A stretch of DNA of 64,000 nt, taken from contig NC_086097.1 in the NCBI RefSeq assembly GCF_963921235.1, forward strand, positions 2,604,001-2,668,000. Direction: 5' to 3'. Below, piece after piece: positions 13,901 to 25,745 of this stretch. The first letter of the stretch is position 1; every line of letters starts with the position of its first letter. This DNA comes from Mobula hypostoma (lineage: Eukaryota). The notes beneath the pieces are model-generated. The model had not been told where the DNA came from. It searched no databases and saw only the letters and a program-made list of their open reading frames with translations. Both the position numbers and the translations under genes were made by a program.

Positions 13901-14114
13901 AGAGTTAAATAAGGAATGAACTCACCTACTTACCTTGCCTCCGCCTGTTCTTGCCGAAGCTTGTAAGCCAAAATCTTACTACTCTGACGACCGTTCCCAC
14001 AATGACAGAACTGTGAGGCAGTACCTCCCTTTGACAGAGACGGGGATTGTACAAGCTCTTTGTTGGAACTGCACAGAAATGCTCCTGTTGAGTCTGTGCA
14101 GTACTCCAATTAAT

Positions 14115-15882
14115 GACCTTCGATGCCGTATCCGATCAAGAACCTGTCAATCTCTGCCTTAAATACACCCAACGACCTGGCCTCCACAGCTGCATGTGGC
14201 AAAAAATTCCACAAATTCACCTCCATCTGGCTATTGAATTTCCTCCACATCTGTTTTAAATGGACCCCCTCTATCCTGAGGCTGTGCCCTCTTGTCCTAG
14301 ACTCGCCCACCATTGGAAACGTCCTTTCCACATCCACTCTGTCTAGGCCTTTCAACATTCAAACAGTTTCAATAAGATTCTCTCTCCCCCTCCCCCCATC
14401 CTTGTGAATTCCATTGAGTACAGTTCCAGAGCCATCAAACGTTCCTCGTATGATAACCCTTTCATTCCTGGAATCATCCTTGTGAAACTCCTCCGGATCC
14501 TCTCCAATGCCAGCACATCTTTTCTTAGATGAGGGGCCTGAAACTGTCCAAAATACTCAAGGTGAGGCCTCACCAGTGCCTTATAAAGCCTCAGCATCAC
14601 ATCCCTGCTCTTGTATTCTAGACCTCCTGAAATGAATGCTAACATGGCATTTGCTTTCCTCACCACTGACTCAACTTGCAAGTTAACCTTAAGGGTGTTC
14701 TGCACAAGGACTCCCAAGTCCCTCTGCATCACAGATTTTTGGATTTTCTCCCTGTTTATAAAATAGTCTGTACATTTATTTCTTCTTCCAAAGTGCATGA
14801 CCATTGTACTTCCAACATTGTACTTCATTTGCCACTTTCTTGCCCATTCTCCTAATCTGTCTAAGTCCTTCTGCAGCCGACCTGTTTCCTCAATACTACC
14901 TGTCCCGTCACCATTCTTTGTATCATCTGCAAATTTGGCAACAAAGCCATCTATTCCATTATCTATTCTAAATCATTGATATACAGCATAAAAAGAAGTG
15001 GTCCCAACACTGAACCCTGTGGAACACCACTTTTCACTGGCAGCCAACCAGAAAAGGATCCTTTTACTCCCAGTTGCTGCCTCCTACCAATCAGCCAATG
15101 CTCCAACTATATCAGTAACTTTCCTGTAATACCATGGGCTCTTAACTTGGTAAGCAGCCTTATGTGTGGCACCTTGTCAAATCCAAATATACAACGTCCA
15201 CTGCATCCCCTACATCTATCGTACTTGTAATCTCCTCAAAGGATTCCAACAGGTACATCAGGCAAGATTTTCCCTGAAGGAAACCGTGCTGTCTTTGTCC
15301 TATCTTGTCTTGTAACCTCATCCTTAACAATTGACTCCAACATCTTCCCAACCACTGAGGTCAGGCTAACTGGTCTATAATTTCCTTTCTGCTGCCTTCC
15401 ACCTTTCTTAAAGAGTGGAGTGACATTTGCAGTTTCCCAGTCCTCTGGCACCATGCCAGAGTCCAATTATTTTTGAAAGATCATTACTAATGCCTCCACA
15501 ATCGCCACCGCTATCTCTTTCAGAACCCTTGGGTGCAGTTCATCTGGTCTGGGTGATTTATGTACCCTTAGGTTTTCGGGTCTGAGCACCTCCTCCCTTG
15601 TAATAGTGACTGCACTCACTTCTCTTCCCTTGCACATCAGGCATACTACTAGTCTCTTCCACAGTGAAGACTGATACAAGATACTCTTAGTTTATCTGCC
15701 TTCTCCTTTTCCCCTGTTATTATTTCTCCAGCCTCATTTTCTAGCAGTACTATATCCATACATACTTGAAAAAGCTTTTACTATCCACTTTGATATTATT
15801 TGCTAGCTTGTTTTCAAATTTCATCTTTTCCTTTCTAATATTTTTCTTAAGTTGCTCTCTGTCGGTTTTTAAAAACTTCCCA
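14115..15882 (-). mobile_element. CR1 LINE ORF2 (continues at ~17580-17985 and ~19166-20230 after insertions)
   Basis: LYKALVRPHLEY, KGNYRPVSLTSVVGK and KLANNIKVDSKSFFKY on the minus strand. Confidence 0.87.
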
Positions 15883-17575
15883 AAAAAAGCTGCCCTTTTT
15901 TTGCCTCTCCAGCCAGCTCTCTGGGGGCCCTCCTGAGCCTCGCTCCAGTCACTCCATATCACGGAGTAACCTTGTCGTCAATGCGCTGATGAAGCCCGGC
16001 ATCCTACCTCCACAGGGTAATGATGGTCCTTCCTTACACTCAGCTGGCAGGTCTGAGTACTTCAACCTCGTCCACTCGTGGGCAGCCTCCTCTCCTTCCT
16101 CCGTGGGTTGGAGCTCAACGACGAGGTCTGTCTTGGCAGCCGTGGACCACAGCACTTTGTCGGAGTGGAGAGGTGTGGGGGTGGTTTCCATGGGGAATTG
16201 TAGCTATTTGTTCAGATCTGTCGGAGTGGAGAGGTGTGGGGGTGGTTTTCGTGGGGAATTGTGGCTATTTGTTGAGATCTGTCGGAGTGGAGAGGTGTGG
16301 GGGTGGTTTCCATGGGGAATTGTAGCTATTTGTTCAGATCTGTCGGAGTGGAGAGGTGTGGGGGTGGTTTTCGTGGGGAATTGTGGCTATTTGTTGAGAT
16401 CTGTCGGAGTGGAGAGGTGTGGGGGTGGTTTCTGTGGGGAATTGTGGCTATTTGTTCAGATCTGTCGGAGTGGAGAGGTGTGGGGGTGGTTTTCGTGGGG
16501 AATTGTGGCTATTTGTTCAGATCTGTCTGAGTGGAGAGGTGTGGGGGTGGTTTCCGTGGGGAATTGTGGCTATTTGTTGAGATCTGTCGGAGTGGAGAGG
16601 TGTGGGGGTGGTTTCCATGGGGAATTGTAGCTATTTGTTCAGATCTATCGGAGTGGAGAGGTGTGGGGGTGGTTTTCGTGGGGAATTGTGGCTATTTGTT
16701 GAGATCTGTCGGAGTGGAGAGGTGTGGGGGTGGTTTCTGTGGGGAATTGTGGCTATTTGTTCAGATCTGTCGGAGTGGAGAGGTTTGGGGGTGGTTTCCG
16801 TGGGGAATTGTGGCTATTTGTTGAGATCTGTCTGAGTGGAGAGGTGTGGGGGTGGTTTCCGTGGGGAATTGTAGCTATTTGTTCAGATCTGTCTGAGTGG
16901 AGAGGTGTGGGGGTGGTTTCCGTGGGGAATTGTAGCTATTTGTTGAGATCTGTCTGAGTGGAGAGGTGTGGGGGTGGTTTCCGTGGGGAATTGTAGCTAT
17001 TTGTTCAGATCTGTCGGAGTGGAGAGGTGTGGGGGTGGTTTTCGTGGGGAATTGTGGCTATTTGTTGAGATCTGTCGGAGTGGAGAGGTGTGGGGGTGGT
17101 TTCTGTGGGGAATTGTAGCTATTTGTTGAGATCTGTCTGAGTGGAGAGGTGTGGGGGTGGTTTCCATGGGGAATTGTAGCTATTTGTTGAGATCTGCCCT
17201 TGTGTCCCACTCCTTGCCTGTGGCGAGGATTCCTGAAGGAGCTCTAGACTGGGTGCATTCAGCACTCTTACCAGCCTTAACAAATGGGACGAGTTGTCGT
17301 CCTGCTGGGGAAAGGCAGCTTCTCCACCAGTTTCTTTAGGACCTGTTTGTTCTGCCATTTCTAGTGCCTTTAGGACAGTGCAGTCTTGCATCCTGCCATA
17401 GGCCAGACCAGGTGAATGACCTGTTAATGGTGGCCTTCCAGCTTCCCTGGCAGCCTTGTGCCACTGCCTTCACCCTGTAGCACTCCTACTCTGTCCTTGT
17501 CACCTCTTTCTTCGAGGCCTTGGACCGGAAACGTGCTACCAGTCCAAGTCCTGCATGTCCAGCCTGGACTCTGCC
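15883..17575 (-). mobile_element. Degenerate Hero-clade (RLE-type) non-LTR retrotransposon, 3' fragment
   Basis: Minus-strand translation gives GCKTALS*RH*KWQNKQVLKKL (zinc-knuckle/RHN region), then DLNKxLQFPxETTPTPLHSDKVLWSTAAKTDLVVEL..EEGEEAAHE..RLKYSDL.AECKE...GF...TTRLLRD...ELAGEAKKGSF. This resembles the PD-(D/E)xK RLE domain of Hero elements as I recall it. Confidence 0.72.
16158..17194 (+). repeat. Minisatellite, 17 x 61 bp, G-rich on the + strand
   Basis: Unit TGTCGGAGTGGAGAGGTGTGGGGGTGGTTTCCATGGGGAATTGTAGCTATTTGTTCAGATC; 17 x 61 = 1037 bp exactly. Confidence 0.98.
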
Positions 17576-18000
17576 GACAACCTCTTGGCCAGCTTCTCTC
17601 TCGTACCTCCGTAATTCCTTTTACTCCACTGTATAGTGATACATCTGACTTAGCCTCTCTTACTCTCACAAAGTCCAGGGTGAAATGTGGTTCATTGCTT
17701 AACACCCAATCCAGAATTGCCTTTCCCCTAGTGGACTGAACCACAAGCTGTTCTTAATAGCCACCTTGTAGGCATTCTACAAATTCCCAGTCTTGGGATT
17801 CAGCAGCAACCTGGTTTTCCCAAGCTACCTGCATATTGAAATACCCCATGAGCATTGTGCTATTGCCCTTCCTACACAGCTTTTCTATCTCCTGTTGTAT
17901 TTTCTATCCCGCCTCCTGGCTACTGTTCAGGGATCTGCATACAACTCCCATCAGGGTCTTTTTACCCTTGCTGTTTCTTATCTCTATCTGTTTCTTATCA

Positions 18001-19165
18001 AATGGATTTTAGCAAGGCATTTGATAAAGTACCCTATGTAAGGCTCATTGAGAAAGTAAGGAGGCATGGGATCCAAGGGGACATTGCTTTGTGGATCTAG
18101 AACTGGCTTGCCCACAGAAGGCAAAGCGTGGTTGTAGATGGGTCATATTCTGCATAGAGGTTGGTGACCAGTGGTGTGCCTCAGGGATCTGTTCTGGGAC
18201 CCTTACTCTTCGTGATTTTTATAAATGACCTGGATGAGGAAGTGGAGGGATGAGTTAGTAAGTTTGCTGATGACACAAAGGTTGGAGGTGTTGTGGATAG
18301 TGTGGAAGGTTGTCAGAGGTTACAGCGGGACGTTGATAGGATGCAAAACTGAGCTGAGAAGTGGCAGATGGAGTTCAACCCAGATATGTGTGAGGTGGTT
18401 CATTTTGGTAGGTCAAATATGATGGCAGAATATAGTATTAATGGTAAGACTCTTGGCATTGTGGAGGATCAGAGGGATTTGGGGTCTGAGTCCATAGGAC
18501 ACTCAAAGCTGCTGTGCAGGTTGACTCTGTGGCTATGAAGGCATACGGTGCATTGGCCTTTATCAATCGTGAGATTGAGTTTAAGAGCCAAGAGGTAATG
18601 TTGCAGCTATATAGGACCCTGGTCAGACCCCACTTGGAGTACTGTGTACTGGTCGCCTCACTAGAGGAAGGACGTGGAAACCATAGAAAGGATGCAGAGG
18701 AGATTTACAAGGATGTTGCCTGGATTGGGGAGCATGCCTTACGAGAATAAGTTGAGTGAACTCGGCCTTTTCTCCTTGGAGCGACGGAGGATGAGAGGTG
18801 ACCTGATAGAGGTGTATAAGATGATGAGAGGCATTGATCATGTAGATAGTCAGAGGCTTTTTCCCTGGGCTGAAATGGCTAGCATGAGAGGGCACAGTTT
18901 TAAGGTGCTTGGAAGGAGGTACAGGAGAGATACCAGGGGTAAGTTTTTTTTACTTAGAGAATGGTGAGTGCGTGGAATGGGCTGCCAGCAATGGTGGTGG
19001 AGGTGGAAACGATAGGGACTTTTAAGAGATTCCTGGATAGGTACATGGAGCTTAGAAAAATAGAGGGCTATAGGTAAGTCTAGGTAGCTCTAAGGTAAGG
19101 ACATGTTCGGCACAGCTTTGGGGGCCGAAGGGTCTGTATTGTGCTGTAGGTTTTCTATGTTTCTA
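18001..19165 (+). mobile_element. 5'-truncated CR1 LINE, same subfamily as 9462-11008
   Basis: MDFSKAFDKVPY..., LYRTLVRPHLEY, and the same 3' tail as the 9.5-11 kb copy. Inserted inside a minus-strand CR1. Confidence 0.92.
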
Positions 19166-21668
19166 TTCAGAGGGATTCTTCCAATCCTATGTCACCTCTT
19201 TCTAAGGATTTGATTTCAGTTTCTACTAACAAAGCCATGGCACCCCCTCAGCCTGCCTGCCTGTCCCTTCAATACAATTCGTATCCTTGGACGTTTAGCA
19301 TCCAACTCTGATTTTCTTTCAGCCGTGACTCAGTGATGCCCAGAACGTCATACCTGCCAATCTCCAGTTGCAGTACAAGGTCATCAGCCTCATTCCATAC
19401 ACTGTGTGCATTCAAATATAACACCTTCAGTCCTGTATTCATCGCTTTTCAATGTGCCTGTTCTTCCTCACAGTGTCACTGCAGACTGCCTCTGCTTGAA
19501 TACCAACTGCTCCATCATCAGCCCTATTGTTCCGGTTCCCGTCCCCCTGCAAAATCAGTTTAAACACTCCCCAACAGTTGTAGCAAGCCTGCCCGCAAGG
19601 ATAATAGTCCCCCTAATATTCAAGTGTAACCTGTCCTTTTTGTACAGGTCATACCTTCCCTAGAAGAAATCCCAATGATCCATAAATCTAAAAATTCCTC
19701 AGCTACATCCTCATATGTCAAATCATCCTATTCTTGCCCTCACTGGTGTGTGGCACAGGCAACGATCCAGAGATTACTACCCTGGCAGTCCTGTTTTTCA
19801 GCTTTCTACCTAACCCCCCTATATTCTCTCTTTCGGACCTCCTCCCTTTTCCTACTTGTGTTCTTGGTACTGATGTGTCCTACAATTTGTGGCTGCTCAC
19901 CCATGATGTGGACCTGAAACATCCCCAAGCTTGGCACCAGCAAGGCAAAATTCCATCTGGATGTCTCTTTTATGTTCATCGACTCTCCTGTTGCTCCTTG
20001 AACTATGGAATCCCATATCATTACAGCTCCTCTTCTCCCCTCCCCTCTGAGCCACAAAGCCAGACTCAGTGTGAGAGATCCAGCACTGGGGAAGTTGCTA
20101 CTGCCCCTCACCCCACCCCCAACAGTATCCAAAGCGGTGTACTTGTTCTTGAGGGTGTGGCCACAGAGGTACACATGTAGTTATCAGCGAGGCTGGCAGT
20201 CTCCCAGATTTCCCACATCTCGCACAGAGAACGTACCTCTAACCCATGACCCATTCTCAGCACAATATATCAATAGACAAAAAGAGGGGGAAAAATAGTC
20301 ATTAGAACCTCACTTAGAATCTCCGCTTGTGTTTCCCATGGCCTGCTTATGCAGAAGCCTGTTGAGCCAAAGGCTGCAGACCTGGCAGCATCTATGGAAA
20401 AGAGTACAGTCGATGTTTCAGTCCCGAAAGGTCACTGTAGTCTTTAACATAGATGCTGCCTGGCCTGCTGCGTGCCACCAGCATTTTGTGTGTGTTGCTC
20501 GGATTTCCAGCATCTGCAGATTTTCTCGTTTGTGACCCAATGCTGATGACTCTAACACTGTCTACTACGTGGCTGCTGTGCTTACAGCTGGCTTTTTTTT
20601 AACTGGCCTTTGTCGAGTGCTGAGAAGATCGTTATGATTGCAGGAACTCAGCAGGCGAAGTAGGACCTATGGAAATGAATAATGGCTCCTGTCCTCCCCC
20701 TGCCCCCCCCCCTTAATTCTGGCACCTTCCCCATTCTTTCCCAGTCCTGAAGAAGAGTGTCAGCTGGAACTGTCATCTGTTTGACCTACTGTGTTCCTCC
20801 CACATTTTGTGTGAATTTCAGTTGGCATGGGCAAGATGGGCCGAAGGGCATGTTTCTGTGCTGTATGACTATGAACTGGCTTCACTGTTGCTTGATGGAA
20901 GGGTGTAATCAGTGACCCCAAGCAGTAGCTTTAAGTAGCAACTGAGCTGAGCAGACTTGCAAGCTGCGCATTTCCTGTTTTTGACTAGATGCTTTCTATT
21001 TTTAAAGTAACTCAGTTTCACTAGAGAGCATATGACATAAGAAATTTGCCTTTGAAGCCCCAGGCTGCAACGGAAAGCTTCAAAGAAACTTCCCACTGAA
21101 GGGGAGTGAGCAAACTGAAATGCAAACTCAAACAGCACCCCGCTCCCTCCTCCGACGATGGGCACCCAGTCACGATGGAGAGGCTGATGTTGCCACCTGG
21201 AGCTGAGCTCTGCTAGTCACCATGGTGGTAAGGTCAAGGGCGAGGTTCTAGCCAAAGAATGTTCCAATCAGTGGAGCTGCTGGAAGATGACACATCACAG
21301 TGGTAGCAGTAAACGGTCCCCAGTCTTTTACTCTATGCCACTGGACCCTGACCCTGATCTGTTGGGCTGATGCCTACCCGTGCATCAGCAACTCCCCTCT
21401 CCCCACATTAAACTAAGTCTTGCACAAGTATTCTCCATTAAGGGAATCTGTCCTACCATCCCTGTTAACTGGATCTCAATCGGCCTATACAGACCATCCT
21501 TTTGGAGAACATCATATTCAACTTGAGTGAGCCGCACGCCTTCAGCCAAGTACGGAGAAGTTATCAATATGTGGATGTTTGTCCAGTGCCTGGAATTGGA
21601 CACCCTATTTTAGAAACTCCCTTGTTCTAATGAAACTGATTTTTACCTCTATCTTTCTATGTTAACAG

Positions 21669-21761
21669 GTGGTTACAAGTGAAGATATCCAGCGATTCTT
21701 TGAGGAGCTTCAATCAAAGAAGAGACGGCGAGTGGATGGGATGCAGTACTTTTGCAGTTAA
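21669..21761 (+). CDS. UBR7: UBR7 terminal coding exon
   Basis: AACAG|GTGGTT...AGT TAA. VVTSEDIQRFFEELQSKKRRRVDGMQYFCS*, the characteristic UBR7 C-terminus. Confidence 0.97.
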   Translation: MVTSEDIQRFFEELQSKKRRRVDGMQYFCS

Positions 21762-21890
21762 ACTACCATAACATTTAGTCAAAGATGTGCAAAATGTTTC
21801 CATAAGAATGGCACTTTTAAAATTAACTGGTTGTCCCCTGTCTATTTTACTTTGCCTCCTGGGTGTAGTTCAAGCAGGAATGGTTTAGTG

Positions 21891-21972
21891 CAGAGGTCCC
21901 CAAGCCTTTTCTTGTGCTGTGGACCCCCTACCATTAATGGGGGGTCCATGGATGCTAGGTTGGGAACCCCTG
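21891..21972. mobile_element. 82-bp hAT MITE in the UBR7 3' UTR
   Basis: Termini CAGAGGTCCCCAA...TTGGGAACCCCTG, perfect 8-bp TSD GTTTAGTG, central palindrome GGACCCCC-TA-CCATTAATGG-GGGGTCC. Confidence 0.88.
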
Positions 21973-22608
21973 GTTTAGTGAGAAGAGGCAACAGAGAATT
22001 CATAGCATCAGTTCACTTCAGTAGGAGAAGAGTAGAAATGCAGAAATGATACTTTTATAAGAAATTAACAGCTTGGACGATGTATGCACAGGTAACTCAT
22101 GGTTGTAATAAGCATTGGGACAAATGAGACCTTCAAAGGGACGGTGGCTCTAATACATCTATGCTGCCTTCATCCACCAACTAAATCCCCACATTTAACA
22201 AATCCTTATTTAACAGCAGTGTGCGGTAAATATTGAAATCAAGCCATACCTGTAGCTGAAAGTTCACTCTTGTTCACCTGCTTCTTTAAAACCAACTTCA
22301 TCTAGCCAGAGGGGGCAAGTTCATAGCTTCAACTGTACACTTAAAACTGCAAATCAAGGAGCCAAGGTTCATATTGAGATTGCTAAGAAACTAGCCATCA
22401 TTTGACAGAGAGGATCTTTAATTGACATTTGTTAACCTGAAACCATATTCTACAAATAGCTTCATCTACAGCAAGTACAAGGAATATCTGTCTCAGTGTC
22501 ACACCCTGTAATTTTTAATGTTGGACCTGAAATATGAAAAGCTGACCGACATGCTGAATCTGTTCTGTTACTAATGCTTTAATGTTCATGGGTTGGGGAG
22601 AAGAAGCC

Positions 22609-22614
22609 AATAAA
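22609..22614 (+). promoter_or_regulatory. Candidate UBR7 polyadenylation signal AATAAA
   Basis: AATAAA about 850 nt after the stop codon in unique AT-rich sequence, followed by T-rich sequence. Confidence 0.5.
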
Positions 22615-22850
22615 AATTTAGTTACTTTCTCATGTGAGATGCTTTCTGAAATGTCACATCACCCATTTAAATATTTCTTTCTAGTCATGCAACAAGGCGG
22701 TCTTGTCAACAAGTTCGAATTTAATTTTGTTCAACCAAATGTGTGACACTCAGGTTGTGTTGGCTGTGTAAGTTTCGGGAAGATGATCTCTGTCCCTGCT
22801 AAACATGAGATTGCGGTGCAAAACCTCCTGTTTGTGTGGATGCTGTGTGA

Positions 22851-23301
22851 TGTTACCCTGGTACAAATCAGCACCACGAAATAACAAGACAGTACACCAT
22901 ATGCAATTAAACAATTTAGATTTATAATTCTTAATTTGACTAAAGGGTTATGAAAGTAAAACAAAAAGAAAAGGGCCCACTTTAATGAAATAGTCTAATG
23001 TAGACATGGTTGGAGCTCACGGTTTCCCTTCCTTTGGTCCTCGATCGACTTTCCCTGGGCTTCGTCAACTCCTGGCCCCACTCCATCCTGGTGTCTCCAA
23101 CCTCTCTTTTCTGGCATCTTCTCTCTTCATCTTCCACCAAACAAAAGACCCAGATCACCTCTGTCTCAGGCACACAAGAAAGAAAAGCTCTTCACTGGAC
23201 AGCACACATTCCAAAGCCCCCGTTATCTCCAGCCATTACCCAAACACTGTGCTACAGAAAAACCATTACATTAGCAGTGAAACCTTGCCCAGGATGTGAC
23301 A
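22851..23301. mobile_element. Possible solo LTR
   Basis: TG...CA ends with short imperfect inverted termini TGTTACCCTGG / CCAGGATGTGACA, 451 bp. No clean TSD. Confidence 0.4.
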
Positions 23302-23399
23302 CGTGCAACACAGCCAAACGAAACAGTGTGCTGCTGGGCCAGGGAGAACCAACAGCCATGCACACCAGAGAAATACTGTTACAAAACATTTTTAAAGTA

Positions 23400-24800
23400 T
23401 GAGTCATAGAGAAGTACAGCAGAGAAATGAGCTCTTTGGCCCAGATCATCCATGCCAAAACAATTTAAACTGCCTATTTCCATTGACCTACACTGGGACC
23501 ACATCCCTACTATCCATTCACAAACGAGAGAAAATCTGCAGATGCTGGAAATCCAAGCAACCCACACAAAATCCTGGCGGAATCAGCAGGCCTGCTGAAG
23601 GGTCTCTGCTCGAAATGTCGACAGTACTCTTTTCCATAGATAGATGCTGCCGAGCCTGGTGTTCCTCACTATCCATGTACCTATCTGAACTTCTCCTGTG
23701 CTGGCAGCTCATTCCACGTTCTCACAACCCTCTGAGTGAAGAGGTTTCCCTTCTCCCCAGACTTCATCTTTCACCCTTAACCCATGACCTCTGATCGTAG
23801 TCTCACTCGACCTCAGTGGAAGAAGCCTGCTTGCATTTACCTGATCCATACTCCTCATAATTTTGTTCTCATAACTTCCAGCAAATCTCCTCTCACTTTC
23901 TATATTCCAACGAACAGAGTCCTAACCCTGCTAAATCTTTTCCTATAACTCAGGTCCTCCAGACATAGCAACATCCTTGTAAATTTTCTCTGCACTCTAT
24001 CAACCTTGTGTATATCTTTCCTTTGGTAGGTGACCAAAACTTCATATAATACTCCAAATTTAACATCTTGTACAACTTCATAAATCAATGTATTGAGTAC
24101 AGAAGATGAAGGACGATGTGCCAAAAGCTTTCTTTATGAGCCTAACTATCTGTGACACCACGTTCAATGAATTATGTACTTGTAATCCCAGATCCCTTTG
24201 TTCCTCAGTGCCCTAATGTAGCCCACATCCATGAGACACGAGAAGAATTAGGCCACTGAGTCCACTCCATTGTTTCATCATGGCTGATCCCATTTAATAC
24301 CATGCATACACCTGCCCTCTCACCATATCCTGACCCATCAGGAATCTATTCTGCTTTAAATATACCCACAGACTTGGCCTCCACCACAATCTGTGGCAGA
24401 GCATTCCACAGATTCAACACTTTGGTTAAAAAAATTCCTCCTTACATCTGTTTTAAAAGATCACCCCTCAATTTTGAGGCTGCTCCCTCTAGTTCTGGAT
24501 ACCCCCACTAGAGGAAACATCTTCTCCACATCCACCTTACCCAGAACTTTCAACATTCAGATTTCTGAGAGATCCCCCGCATTCCTCTAAATTCCAGTGA
24601 ATACAGGCTAAAGCTGCTGGATGCTCCTCATTTGTTAACCCCTTTGTAATAGACTCCAACACTTTCCCAACCACTACCTATCATTTCCTTTCTTTCATCT
24701 TCCTTTTTAGTTTTGCAATTTTCCAGTCCTCCAGGACCATGCCAGAATCAGGTGATTCTTGAAAGATCATGACCGATGCATCGGTTATCACTTCAGCTCC
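23400..24800 (-). mobile_element. Cluster of old CR1 3' fragments with a small Penelope-end insertion (~23520-23660)
   Basis: VQRKFTRML motif and two CR1-type tails on the minus strand. Confidence 0.7.
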
Positions 24801-25269
24801 TGAGTGTCATGGTCTGTGGGCTGGTGGTGCACGGATGTTGTCCTGGAGCCACGTTGCTGCAAGAACAGCCCACAGCAGTTGCTCACGTCATGCAATGCAG
24901 CTGCAGATGAAGGAATTCAATTTATCCTCTACCAAGTGAACAATAGAGGGCAACATTGATCAGAAGGGGCCAGCCTCCAACCTAGCACAGAATTCCTAAG
25001 CCAAGGCTTCAGAAGGTGCAGAAGCTGATAGAAATGCCAGTGTTTCTTTGCTATAAATTGGATGGAGCTGTCTTACCTCAGGTTATGGGTTCCGATGTAG
25101 CTAATCTGAACTGTAGTTTTCCAGAATAAGATCAAGTGATGGGTGGGAGGGTGAGCTCCATTCTCACTGACTTTAATATGGAACAATATTTCAGGAATCT
25201 GACATTAGACATGCAGAATATGACACGGCCATTTTACTCTAATAGGAGAAACAATGCTGCAGTTCCATA

Positions 25270-25745
25270 CCACAGTGGCCACTCTATCAGGTACACCTGT
25301 ACATCTCGCTAATGCAAATATCTCACCAGCCAATGCATCGAGAATTGCAGACTTGGTCTAGGAGGTTCAGTTGTTCAAACCAAACATCAGAATCGGGAAG
25401 AAATGTAATCTAAGTGGCTTTGACCATGGAGTGATTGTTGGAGTGGTTTGACCATCTCAAAAACTGATCTCCTGGGATTTTCATGCACAACAGTCTCTAA
25501 ATTTTATAGACATTAGTGTGAAAAAAAATCCCGTGAGCAGCAGTTCTGAGTGAAAATGCCTGTTAATGAGAGGTCAGAGGAGAATGTCCACACTGGTTCA
25601 AGTTGACAGGAGGGTGATCAGTAACTCAAATAACCACACGTTACAACAGAGGTGTGCAGAACAGCATCTGAGTGCACAATGTGTCGAACCTTTAAGTGGA
25701 TGGGCTACAGCAACAGATGACTGACATACACTGAATGGCCATTAG
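25270..25745 (+). mobile_element. Tc1-like DNA transposon remnant (N-terminal transposase)
   Basis: Terminal-like CAGTGGCCACTCTATCAGGTACACC. Degenerate GKKCNLSGFDHGVIVG...DLLGFS...VNERGQRRM...VTQITTRYN...TFKWMGYS. Confidence 0.7.

Noticed and set aside
16158..17194. CRISPR-like array or repeat-protein ORFs (15989-16630 and overlapping ORFs)
   Set aside because: Units are head-to-tail with no unique spacers and no cas genes. The ORFs are frame-cycling artefacts of a 61-bp period.
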